Translations under genes and position numbers: made by a program | Virus record (IMG/VR): IMGVR_UViG_3300045988_140792 | Span: 1 to 62,696 of that record | Length of the DNA: 62,696 bases | Origin: a virus | Direction: 5' to 3' (one strand) | In this document: positions 1-7,793 of the stretch, piece by piece | How positions within the stretch are numbered: the first letter of the stretch is position 1 | Layout: each line of letters begins with the position of its first letter | Notes under the pieces: generated by a model | Told to the model about the DNA's origin: nothing | What the model saw: only the letters and a program-made list of their open reading frames with translations | Databases searched by the model: none

Positions 1-75
1 ATCTTTCCCCTGAAACCCCTATAAAAGAAAACAAACAAAGAAAAGAGAAAGCCCACCCCCAAACACAAAAAAAAG
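1..75. repeat. Terminal direct repeat identical to 62622..62696 (circular closure, or terminal redundancy of the assembly)
   Basis: The 75 nt at the window start match the last 75 nt base for base. An ORF reads through the junction in frame. Confidence 0.95.
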
Positions 76-740
76 AAAAAGAAAAAAAGTCGGGGGATGC
101 TGAAACTCAATTCTCGGAAGTGTTAAGGCTCTTCAATCGCCTCTTCCTGGGCACGCAGGTCAAGCCAATCTCGAAGATGACTCCCGACCGCAAGAAGCTA
201 GTCGCCAAGTTTATCTCAGACTACTCCTTCGAGGATATTGAGCCGATGCTTCGCAAGGCTCTCAACTCAGACCTGCTCTCAGGGCGCAAGGATGGTGGCT
301 GCTATATCTCCTTCAACTGGCTCTTCAATCCAAAGAACTACGAGCCTCTGATGGAAGGCACATTCGACAACCCTACGATTGCAGCCTCAGCCAGAAAGAA
401 GCCTCAGCCTTCAAGTTCTACACCATCTTCTCCTCCACAGCCTCAACACGAGGAAACCAACGAGGAAATTGAAGCTCGTCTCAAAAGGAAGGAAGAACGC
501 AAGAAGGAATTGGAGAAAGAACAGGCAGAAGCCTTAAGGCAGAAGTATCTAGGCTGGATAGAAGCTGCCAAGAAGAACCCGGATGGTTCCATGGCACAGA
601 TGGTGAAAGATGCCTACAAGAATGGCACTTTAGCTAAACTGGGCATCGACTGGACACCACCTGTGGAAGAGGAAACGAAAAACCTTCTCGACTTGGACGA
701 TAAGACACAAAACTATCTCCAATCCATCCTCAGCGACTAA
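1..740 (+). CDS. C-terminal part of the wrap-around replication initiator gene. It has a K/E-rich linker and a conserved phage C-terminal domain of DnaD / replisome-organizer type.
   Basis: There is no stop in this phase from base 3 to the TAA at 738..740. The tracked ORF 120..740 is only its GTG-started tail. The segment LVAKFISDYSFEDIEPMLRKAL...ISFNWLFNPKNYEPLMEG resembles the conserved C-terminal domain of phage replication-organizer proteins. Confidence 0.55.
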   Translation, partial: LSPETPIKENKQRKEKAHPQTQKKEKEKKSGDAETQFSEVLRLFNRLFLGTQVKPISKMTPDRKKLVAKFISDYSFEDIEPMLRKALNSDLLSGRKDGGCYISFNWLFNPKNYEPLMEGTFDNPTIAASARKKPQPSSSTPSSPPQPQHEETNEEIEARLKRKEERKKELEKEQAEALRQKYLGWIEAAKKNPDGSMAQMVKDAYKNGTLAKLGIDWTPPVEEETKNLLDLDDKTQNYLQSILSD

Positions 741-774
741 GATACAAGTAACAAACAATTTAATTCATACAGTT

Positions 775-1347
775 ATGGACAAACAAGAATTAATAGACCG
801 TCTCAACGGCAATTATCCCGAGTACACGCAAAAGCCTCAGCACAAGAAGGTGCAGCGTGAAGGTCAGTTGCAGATAGCCTGTGTACGATGGTTTCGACTA
901 CAGTACCCAGCTTTCTCCACACTCCTCTTCCATCCCAAGAACGAGGCAGACGGTGCTACCAGTGGCAAGAAGCTAGCCATCAATGCAGCATCGGGCGTGG
1001 TCCCAGGCGTTCCCGACCTCATCCTTGCTCTCCCTTCCATGAAGGATGGCAAGACAGGCATCATCTACGAGAACCCAGAAGTTTACTTCGGCTTGGGCAT
1101 CGAATTGAAGTATGGCAAGACCAACAACCAGTCTGCCAACCAGAAACGCTTCCAGGGCTATTGGCAGTGCGCTGGCTACAAGTACGCCCTCTGTCGTTCC
1201 CTCGAAGACTTCATCGAAGTGGTCAAGGCTTACATGCAAGCAGCCGAAGCCAACGCCTTCGAGAAAGTTCGCTCCTATCACCTCATCAATGATGATACTG
1301 AGCACAACAAGCAAGTATTAAACAAAATCATTAAAAACAAGAAGTAA
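775..1347 (+). CDS. VRR-NUC family (PD-(D/E)xK) nuclease
   Basis: QIACVRWFRLQYP...GVPDLILALP...GLGIELKYGK...NQKRFQ fits the VRR-NUC D...ExK layout. Confidence 0.6.
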   Translation: MDKQELIDRLNGNYPEYTQKPQHKKVQREGQLQIACVRWFRLQYPAFSTLLFHPKNEADGATSGKKLAINAASGVVPGVPDLILALPSMKDGKTGIIYENPEVYFGLGIELKYGKTNNQSANQKRFQGYWQCAGYKYALCRSLEDFIEVVKAYMQAAEANAFEKVRSYHLINDDTEHNKQVLNKIIKNKK

Positions 1348-1348
1348 T

Positions 1349-1579
1349 ATGGAAATCGGATCTATCATCATCATGCTGTGCCTTGTAATGATGGCCAGCA
1401 CATTCATCTATCTAGTTTACCACCATGGCCATCGCTCCTGTAAGGGTTGCAAGTTCTTCCGTCCTACGGAAAACAGTAAGTATAGCGGAACATGCAACGG
1501 CTTCGGTCATCATCGCTTCCACTGGGAGTGCTGTGGAGAATGGAAACGTAAAGCAACCAACCAAGAGGATGAACTTTAA
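1349..1579 (+). CDS. Small membrane protein with a Cys/His-rich tail
   Basis: N-terminal hydrophobic helix followed by CKGCKFF...C...H..H.ECC. Tightly packed behind the upstream gene. Confidence 0.45.
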   Translation: MEIGSIIIMLCLVMMASTFIYLVYHHGHRSCKGCKFFRPTENSKYSGTCNGFGHHRFHWECCGEWKRKATNQEDEL

Positions 1580-1591
1580 AATCATGCATCT

Positions 1592-2149
1592 ATGGGCAAT
1601 TACATCAAACAAAGCCTGATGCAGCCAACACCATCAGTTGCTAATCAGGAGAAAATGAGGATGTGCAAGTTCTGTGTACATAGCCACATCAGCGACCTCG
1701 GCTACAACCATTGCAGGAAGTCAGATAGTGTTACGTATAATGGAGATTCGCCTACAGGCATCTGTAGCGCATTCAGAGATAGTCGGATTTGGAAACCGTA
1801 TTATTTCTCTGGTCTCATGTCTAGCTACAGGGGAAACATCTGTTGGGCAAGACCAGTGTATAACTCTCCCAAAAAGGGCAAGAGCCGTATTTTCAAATAC
1901 GAAGTCATCGACCCGATAGCCTCAACAATAGCAACCCTATTGCCAAAGGAGTTCGCCAAGGAATACATTCCAGCCACTCCTGGCTCCAAACCTCCACATA
2001 CGATGAAGGAGTATGAGAAATTTGACACTTATTGTTTCGGTGGCTACGACCCACAGCTAACCGAGAACCAAGAGGCAAGAAATTACAATGAAGCTCACTG
2101 GCAGGAAATCCTAGCCCAGGAAGCAATCGAAGAACAATTAAAAGGGTAA
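1592..2149 (+). CDS. Hypothetical protein
   Basis: 185-aa ORF, co-directional with its neighbours and followed by the conserved hairpin at 2153..2186. Confidence 0.55.
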   Translation: MGNYIKQSLMQPTPSVANQEKMRMCKFCVHSHISDLGYNHCRKSDSVTYNGDSPTGICSAFRDSRIWKPYYFSGLMSSYRGNICWARPVYNSPKKGKSRIFKYEVIDPIASTIATLLPKEFAKEYIPATPGSKPPHTMKEYEKFDTYCFGGYDPQLTENQEARNYNEAHWQEILAQEAIEEQLKG

Positions 2150-2152
2150 AAG

Positions 2153-2186
2153 CCCCCGTTCCCAGCGATTCTATCGCTGGTCCCTC
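2153..2186 (+). terminator. Conserved stem-loop element, copy A (CCAGCGAT-TCT-ATCGCTGG with conserved flanks)
   Basis: Perfect 8-bp stem at 2162..2169 / 2173..2180. One of three near-identical elements, each downstream of a plus-strand gene. Confidence 0.45.
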
Positions 2187-2219
2187 AAAAAGAATATTAA
2201 CAAAGAAAAAGTAATTATT

Positions 2220-2960
2220 ATGGAAACAGATTTTAAAATTACCGCCCCAGTCTTGGATATGAATGTTATCCAGAAGGCTGCACAAGATGCTGCTATGAAG
2301 GCAGCACTCGAAGAAGTTAAAGACTACTATCTCGGTTACAATTCACCTTACAGAAAGCAGTTGAAGGAATACATGGCGAAGAATGCGCCTTCCACTAGTC
2401 TCGAATTGCCTGAGTTCTCAGAGTTGTTGAGCAAATCCTTGACTGCCGAGATAGAGAATATCGTCAACAAGAAATGTGTCGAAAGCTTTGCGCAAGAACT
2501 TCGAAAAGGATTCACTCATCTTAAAGAAGAAGGTGATGGAACCATTTTGCTCACCAATTTGGCAGAAGACATGATGCAAAAAGTAGATTTGGAAGATGTT
2601 GATAGCAACAACAGCTTTGAACTTGAAGTATCTGACAACGATTTCTATGGTTGGAAGAAAGTACATATCAGTATCTGTGAAGATGGCGAAGAGACGGAAT
2701 ATAATTTCACTCTCTCGAAGATTGGTAGTGATGATACATACTGCATCTTAGGTTTGCCAACAAAGAATTCAGATGAAGAATACCATTTTGATACAATAAA
2801 TGTACTGAACAGAAAATGTACCATTTCATTCCCGATGTTCTCCGGTGTCAGTAACGACCACATCCTGCTTGTTTTAGCCAGATGCATTATGTTCGATGCT
2901 CGCATACGAATTGATAGAAATTACATCTTTAAGAAATCAAACGAATTTGAAGACGATTAA
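2220..2960 (+). CDS. Hypothetical protein (acidic)
   Basis: 246-aa ORF in the co-directional early block. Confidence 0.6.
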   Translation: METDFKITAPVLDMNVIQKAAQDAAMKAALEEVKDYYLGYNSPYRKQLKEYMAKNAPSTSLELPEFSELLSKSLTAEIENIVNKKCVESFAQELRKGFTHLKEEGDGTILLTNLAEDMMQKVDLEDVDSNNSFELEVSDNDFYGWKKVHISICEDGEETEYNFTLSKIGSDDTYCILGLPTKNSDEEYHFDTINVLNRKCTISFPMFSGVSNDHILLVLARCIMFDARIRIDRNYIFKKSNEFEDD

Positions 2961-2965
2961 AGCGT

Positions 2966-3322
2966 ATGACAAAGGAAGAATATGAAGAAATGCGTAACAC
3001 CATCGACTCCGTAGGCGAATACTACAATTCCATCGAAGAGCTAACCCAGGTCAGAGACCATGTAGAACAAGTAGAAGCATCAAACAACATTGCTATGCTC
3101 GATAGCCCAGTAAAGCTGGATATATCCCTCCATGGAGCATGCCGTGTTGCAAACGGGAACATCTGCCGTGTTGCAAACGAAGACATCACCAAGTATCTCG
3201 ATGCAGAAACAATCCTCTACATCAGAAATGCTATCCTCCGAAGATTAAATAGCCGTATCGCATTCTTCGAACATCAGATAGAAAACATTAATTACACCAA
3301 ACGTAAAACAAAGAAAAAGTAA
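2966..3322 (+). CDS. Hypothetical protein
   Basis: 118-aa ORF. Contains an internal near-duplicate (ACRVANGNICRVANEDI). Confidence 0.55.
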   Translation: MTKEEYEEMRNTIDSVGEYYNSIEELTQVRDHVEQVEASNNIAMLDSPVKLDISLHGACRVANGNICRVANEDITKYLDAETILYIRNAILRRLNSRIAFFEHQIENINYTKRKTKKK

Positions 3323-3570
3323 TGAAGATAAAATTAATCAAACCAACTAAGTGCGCTCAGGATGTTCACGAAACAACCAAATATCCACGCCCATGGTTCA
3401 AGCCGAAGCCAGAGCTTCCATCAGGTACGATTTTGGAGGTCTCTGATACATGGCAAAATTTCTATGGCAGCTATTACCGCTGTATACTGCCTAAAGAAAT
3501 GAAGGATAAAGGTTATACCCTTCCATGGTACGACATCCCTAAAGAGAATGCAGAAAAATGTAACAATTAA
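3322..3570 (+). CDS. Hypothetical protein
   Basis: 82-aa ORF whose start overlaps the upstream stop (TAATG). Confidence 0.5.
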   Translation: MKIKLIKPTKCAQDVHETTKYPRPWFKPKPELPSGTILEVSDTWQNFYGSYYRCILPKEMKDKGYTLPWYDIPKENAEKCNN

Positions 3571-3588
3571 ATTCAAATCATAACAATT

Positions 3589-4275
3589 ATGGCAATAGTA
3601 AATGTAGATTATTCAGAGTTCGAAACCTTGAAGAATCGAGTAAAGGAATTAGAAGAGACCGTAAAAGAGAAGGATAAGACCATCGCTTCCCTCAAAGACG
3701 GTTCCAGAGTTATCATCCGCAAGGAAGTGCAAATAGAATACGAGAGATTCAGTTACCCATTTCGTAGAATGCATGACTGTGCAACAGACCCTTTGTATTC
3801 ACAAGATGAGAAGCCAAGACGCACTGTTGAGACCTCCGAGTCTTACATTGGCTTTGAGGATGTGCGCTTGATGGTTGAGGAGCACATGAAGGATGAGGTG
3901 AAACGTAGCATCCAACAGCGAGACGAATCACGTGCAAATTACGAATCCTCTGTTCAGAGATACAATGAGAAAGAGAAAAAGTTGGCTTACAAGGAAAAGT
4001 CTCTCGATGACAAGTACGCCCAAAAGGAAGCTGCTCTCATTTCTGAATACAAGGAGAAGGGTAAAGCCCTTGAAGCAGACTATCTTGCCAAGGGCAAGGC
4101 ATACAAGCAGCAATTGGATGCAGACTACAATTATTACATAAAGAAAGCTGGTCGCTTGCTATCCATCAGTGATAGTGCAAAAGAAGCCCTCTCTCTCCTC
4201 AACGCCAATCGCTTCTTCAAGCCAAAGGGCGTAGAAAGCATTCTGGCAAATATAATTCAAAAGTGCGAAGGTTAG
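3589..4275 (+). CDS. Hypothetical coiled-coil protein
   Basis: 228-aa ORF, rich in K/E heptad-like sequence. Confidence 0.6.
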   Translation: MAIVNVDYSEFETLKNRVKELEETVKEKDKTIASLKDGSRVIIRKEVQIEYERFSYPFRRMHDCATDPLYSQDEKPRRTVETSESYIGFEDVRLMVEEHMKDEVKRSIQQRDESRANYESSVQRYNEKEKKLAYKEKSLDDKYAQKEAALISEYKEKGKALEADYLAKGKAYKQQLDADYNYYIKKAGRLLSISDSAKEALSLLNANRFFKPKGVESILANIIQKCEG

Positions 4276-4278
4276 CCA

Positions 4279-4509
4279 ATGGACAGAATACAAAACGAAA
4301 TCAGTAAGCTTCGCCATGAGCAGCATTTGAGTGAAAGACTGCAAGCTGCCCAACTTCGACAGATAAAGCGTGAGCACGATGGCCTCCACAAGTGGATAAC
4401 CATCACCCCACGCCTCAAACTCCTCTGCCGAATAGACGAGCAAGGCAACCTCCTCCCAAAGGAGCTAGACCGCATTAAGAAAGTTAAACAAACATTAGGT
4501 ATCAAATAA
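4279..4509 (+). CDS. Hypothetical protein
   Basis: 76-aa ORF, tightly packed. Confidence 0.45.
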   Translation: MDRIQNEISKLRHEQHLSERLQAAQLRQIKREHDGLHKWITITPRLKLLCRIDEQGNLLPKELDRIKKVKQTLGIK

Positions 4510-4528
4510 CATTTAAAAATTAATTATT

Positions 4529-4966
4529 ATGAACGCAGAAGCATTAAAGAAGTACATCGGTACAAAAGAGGTTATGGCTGCACCTATGGATGAAGCAACC
4601 GCAGTGGCTAAAGGTTTTGCTCGCAAGAACGAGGATAACCATGAATGGAGACCAGGTTTCCATGTTCGCTACAACAATCCGGATGGCAGTACCTACGATT
4701 CCTGGTCACCTGCTGATGTCTTCAACCAGTCTTACAAGGTTGCAGACGATTTCCATGACCGTCTCAACATTGAGCTCAACGATGTGACTGAGCGTTTTGT
4801 TAAGTTAGAAAAGTTCATGAACAAAGGGCTTACGGCTGTGTGTGAAAAGGTAGGCGATTATCAGGCATCTATTCTTGTAGCTCAGTATCATGCAATGAAG
4901 TTGTACAAAAGTTGCTTGGAAGAGCGCATCGAAGAGATTGAGAAACGTGAAGTGTGGAGAGGATAA
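4529..4966 (+). CDS. Hypothetical protein
   Basis: 145-aa ORF. Confidence 0.55.
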   Translation: MNAEALKKYIGTKEVMAAPMDEATAVAKGFARKNEDNHEWRPGFHVRYNNPDGSTYDSWSPADVFNQSYKVADDFHDRLNIELNDVTERFVKLEKFMNKGLTAVCEKVGDYQASILVAQYHAMKLYKSCLEERIEEIEKREVWRG

Positions 4967-4967
4967 C

Positions 4968-5558
4968 ATGAGTGAAGAATCAGCATTATCCTTTCGCAAG
5001 CTAGTTTCAGCTATGCGAACCACCGAAAAGGAGTATTGGGCACACCGAGATAAAAAAATGCTGCGCCAGTCCATCGAACTTGAAAAGCGTGTTGATGGCA
5101 TCATCATGAAGGCAGACGGAAATGATGTCCCTCAGAACGACAACGGCACATTCTTCCTTCTGGTGGCAGAACTTAGAGCCTCAACCATCCAATACTTCCA
5201 GGAGAAGAAGAAGGCACAGCCCGACAAGGAGCTGGTCAATACTCTCTTCAATACCATCAAGGAGAAAGAAGCCAAGCTAGATAAGATGCTCATCCGCCTC
5301 CAAGACGAACAGATAAAGAAAGATGGCTACAGCATCCACTACCAGGTGATGGAACGACTGCCAAGAGCACATCAAGCTCGCCCAGTCTTCAGTTCCATGG
5401 ATGAGCAACTTGCCAAGGTAGAGTTGGATGACCTCTACCGCCATCCCGACCCTCCTGGCACTATGTATTTCATGTGCAAGAAATACCTTGGCAAAGACGG
5501 CAAACCTCTATCAGAAGAAGAGGTAGACAAAATTATTAATAACAAATTAAATTCTTAA
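4968..5558 (+). CDS. Hypothetical protein
   Basis: The ORF is tracked from 4938. The ATG at 4968 (MSEESALSF) directly follows the upstream stop and is the more likely start. Confidence 0.55.
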   Translation: MSEESALSFRKLVSAMRTTEKEYWAHRDKKMLRQSIELEKRVDGIIMKADGNDVPQNDNGTFFLLVAELRASTIQYFQEKKKAQPDKELVNTLFNTIKEKEAKLDKMLIRLQDEQIKKDGYSIHYQVMERLPRAHQARPVFSSMDEQLAKVELDDLYRHPDPPGTMYFMCKKYLGKDGKPLSEEEVDKIINNKLNS

Positions 5559-5562
5559 GATT

Positions 5563-6153
5563 ATGAACAAGAAAGAAAACAAGCCTCAGGAAGAGGCTAA
5601 GACACAAGACAAGTCTCAGAACCAGCCAAAGGAGTCCTTCGTAGGCACAGGTAACGGTTCTTCCCTCCGTTCTCGTACAGGCACCTGGTTCGAGTGTAAG
5701 GTGCGCTATGAGAAGACCCAGGAGGATGGTAGCGAGAAACTGGTAAACGAGTTGTATGTTGTTGATGCCCTCTCCTTCACCGAGGCTGAAGCTAGCATCA
5801 TCGATAACATGTCCGTCTATGTCTCTGGCGAGTTCAAGGTTGCAAACATCAACCCAGCCAACTACAATGAGATTTTCTTCTCAGATGTTTTTGACGATTA
5901 TCTTTGGTTCAAGGCTCGTTTGGCTTTCATCACCATTGATGAAAAGAAGGGTAAGGAGAAGCGTACCTATGTCAACTACCTCATCCAAGCCAAGTGCATC
6001 GAGCGTGCCAAGCGTTATGTAGACGAGGTTATGGGCAAGACCATGATAGACTATGAGTTGAAGAGCCTCAGCGAGACCAAGATTTTTGATGTCTTCGAGC
6101 ATGAGCCTTCCACTGATAACAAGCAGAAAGAGAAGGACGGTAAAACCGAGTAA
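5563..6153 (+). CDS. Hypothetical protein (possibly a DUF4494-like phage/Bacteroidota family)
   Basis: 196-aa ORF. WFECKVRYEK...VVDALSFTEAEA...GEFKV resembles, from memory, a conserved Bacteroidota phage family. Not verified. Confidence 0.55.
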   Translation: MNKKENKPQEEAKTQDKSQNQPKESFVGTGNGSSLRSRTGTWFECKVRYEKTQEDGSEKLVNELYVVDALSFTEAEASIIDNMSVYVSGEFKVANINPANYNEIFFSDVFDDYLWFKARLAFITIDEKKGKEKRTYVNYLIQAKCIERAKRYVDEVMGKTMIDYELKSLSETKIFDVFEHEPSTDNKQKEKDGKTE

Positions 6154-6192
6154 TCACTGACAATTCTTGCGCAATTTGGTTCTCAACAAGCT

Positions 6193-6240
6193 AAGTTGCG
6201 CAAGTTATCACTTCTCTTCCGCACATTTCTCGTAACTTAG
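6193..6240 (+). promoter_or_regulatory. Late-type promoter: AAGTTGCGCAAGTTATCAC - N21 - TAACTTAG
   Basis: Same box and same 21-nt spacing as four minus-strand sites. A second TTGCGCAA core lies at 6176..6183. The gene start at 6277 is 36 nt downstream. Confidence 0.6.
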
Positions 6241-6276
6241 CCCCACATTATTAATATATATATAACAACATCATAT

Positions 6277-6612
6277 ATGAAAAAGTTGAAACGTTTCATC
6301 ATTTATCTCCGTCTCTGGTTCATCCGCAAGATGGGCTACACCCTCCCATCCCTCAGAGAAGCTACTAGCGTTGTGCCTGGAGAGTTCTACGACCTCTTCG
6401 GGCGCATAGTCCGGGCAGTACCCAACAAGGAATCCTCCACCCCACATGTTAAAGGCAACTTTGAGTATGAGGAAGTCCCAGAGCATTGCCTTAACTGCGA
6501 TTTGTTCAAAGAGCACATTCCTTGCTCCTTCAATCATCGTATGCCCAACGGCTGCGATATTTGCGACAATCATCATTTCGAAATCATCTGCATTAACAGA
6601 GGTAACATCTAA
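6277..6612 (+). CDS. Hypothetical protein (Cys/His-rich)
   Basis: 111-aa ORF, the first gene after the promoter at 6193..6240. Confidence 0.5.
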   Translation: MKKLKRFIIYLRLWFIRKMGYTLPSLREATSVVPGEFYDLFGRIVRAVPNKESSTPHVKGNFEYEEVPEHCLNCDLFKEHIPCSFNHRMPNGCDICDNHHFEIICINRGNI

Positions 6613-6618
6613 AGCATA

Positions 6619-7368
6619 ATGAATATGAAACAGCAGAAGTCAAATTACAAGCTCGACAAAAAAACTGGCCATCTTCTCGAAGTCCCTTCCAAGAAGCAAG
6701 TTCGTGAGCACGTAAAGAAGGTACGTGAGCAGACTAGCCAAGAGCCTCAGCAACCAATCACTGTGCATGAGACCCAAGCCGACAAGAATTTCAATAAGGT
6801 TCAGAAGGTTATCGACCGAATGCACGCCAAGGCGAAGCTCCCCGACTTCCTCCACATGGCACGCAAGAAGTTCCTTTCCACCGTCTGCGTTATCAACCAC
6901 CCAGGCAAGCAGCGTAGCCTCCTCCCCGACAAGAAAGGGCGTTATGTCATGCTCTGCCACCGTAAGATGGCAAAGGTCTTCACTGCCGATGTCTGCCTTC
7001 TTGTAAAGATTCAAAAGTCCACCATCGAGAAGCATGAATTGGCACCAGGTGGAGAAGAGATAACGGAGCATTGGCAAGATGGCAGCTGGAGCATCGTCCC
7101 ATGCAGAGTGGACAAAAGCAACTACACCACCATTCAGGAAGTCCGTCTTCGCCCATGGTTCTTTCTCCACCGCTATTGGTACGAGATAACCTTTGATGGC
7201 AGGGTAGAGCCAGCTATGATGCTGAATGATTACAACCTCAACCCTACCCTACGCAAGAAACATTTCTATGTCACCCGAGAATATGTAAAAGTACGTAACC
7301 AGGATGCCGAAAACGATTACTTCCGTTTCTGGCTCCACAAACCTACAGATTATGCAGAACGAAACTGA
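6619..7368 (+). CDS. Hypothetical protein
   Basis: 249-aa ORF. Confidence 0.6.
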   Translation: MNMKQQKSNYKLDKKTGHLLEVPSKKQVREHVKKVREQTSQEPQQPITVHETQADKNFNKVQKVIDRMHAKAKLPDFLHMARKKFLSTVCVINHPGKQRSLLPDKKGRYVMLCHRKMAKVFTADVCLLVKIQKSTIEKHELAPGGEEITEHWQDGSWSIVPCRVDKSNYTTIQEVRLRPWFFLHRYWYEITFDGRVEPAMMLNDYNLNPTLRKKHFYVTREYVKVRNQDAENDYFRFWLHKPTDYAERN

Positions 7369-7756
7369 TATATTTATCCTCAACCGTCCACGCCCTCAAA
7401 AGCGTGGACTCACCCTCAACAAGAATGGGCGCATCACCTTGCGTTCCTACCCTGTAAAGCTCTTGGGGCTACAGCGAGGCGACAAAATCGTATTCTTCTG
7501 TCTCGGCTCTCAGATGTATATCACCAAGTCCTCCTCGCTTCCTGATGCCATACCTCTCTATGGGCGCAAGGCACAACTTCATGGTTGCAGTGCTAGCACT
7601 GTCAAATGCCTCTTCCTCCACACCCTAGGCGTTCCACCTAACGCCCAAGAAATAGACTTGGTTGTCTCTGACCGTCTAGAGACCATCACCGTAGGCAACG
7701 ACACCCTACAGGCATTGGCTGTAGTCAATCGTGCAGACCCATCCCATTGCCGATAA
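7352..7756 (+). CDS. Hypothetical protein
   Basis: The ORF is tracked from 7304. The ATG at 7352 overlaps the upstream stop region and is the likelier start. Confidence 0.5.
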   Translation: MQNETDIFILNRPRPQKRGLTLNKNGRITLRSYPVKLLGLQRGDKIVFFCLGSQMYITKSSSLPDAIPLYGRKAQLHGCSASTVKCLFLHTLGVPPNAQEIDLVVSDRLETITVGNDTLQALAVVNRADPSHCR

Positions 7757-7793
7757 TTAAATATTAAACAATACACATTAAACATTAATAAAA

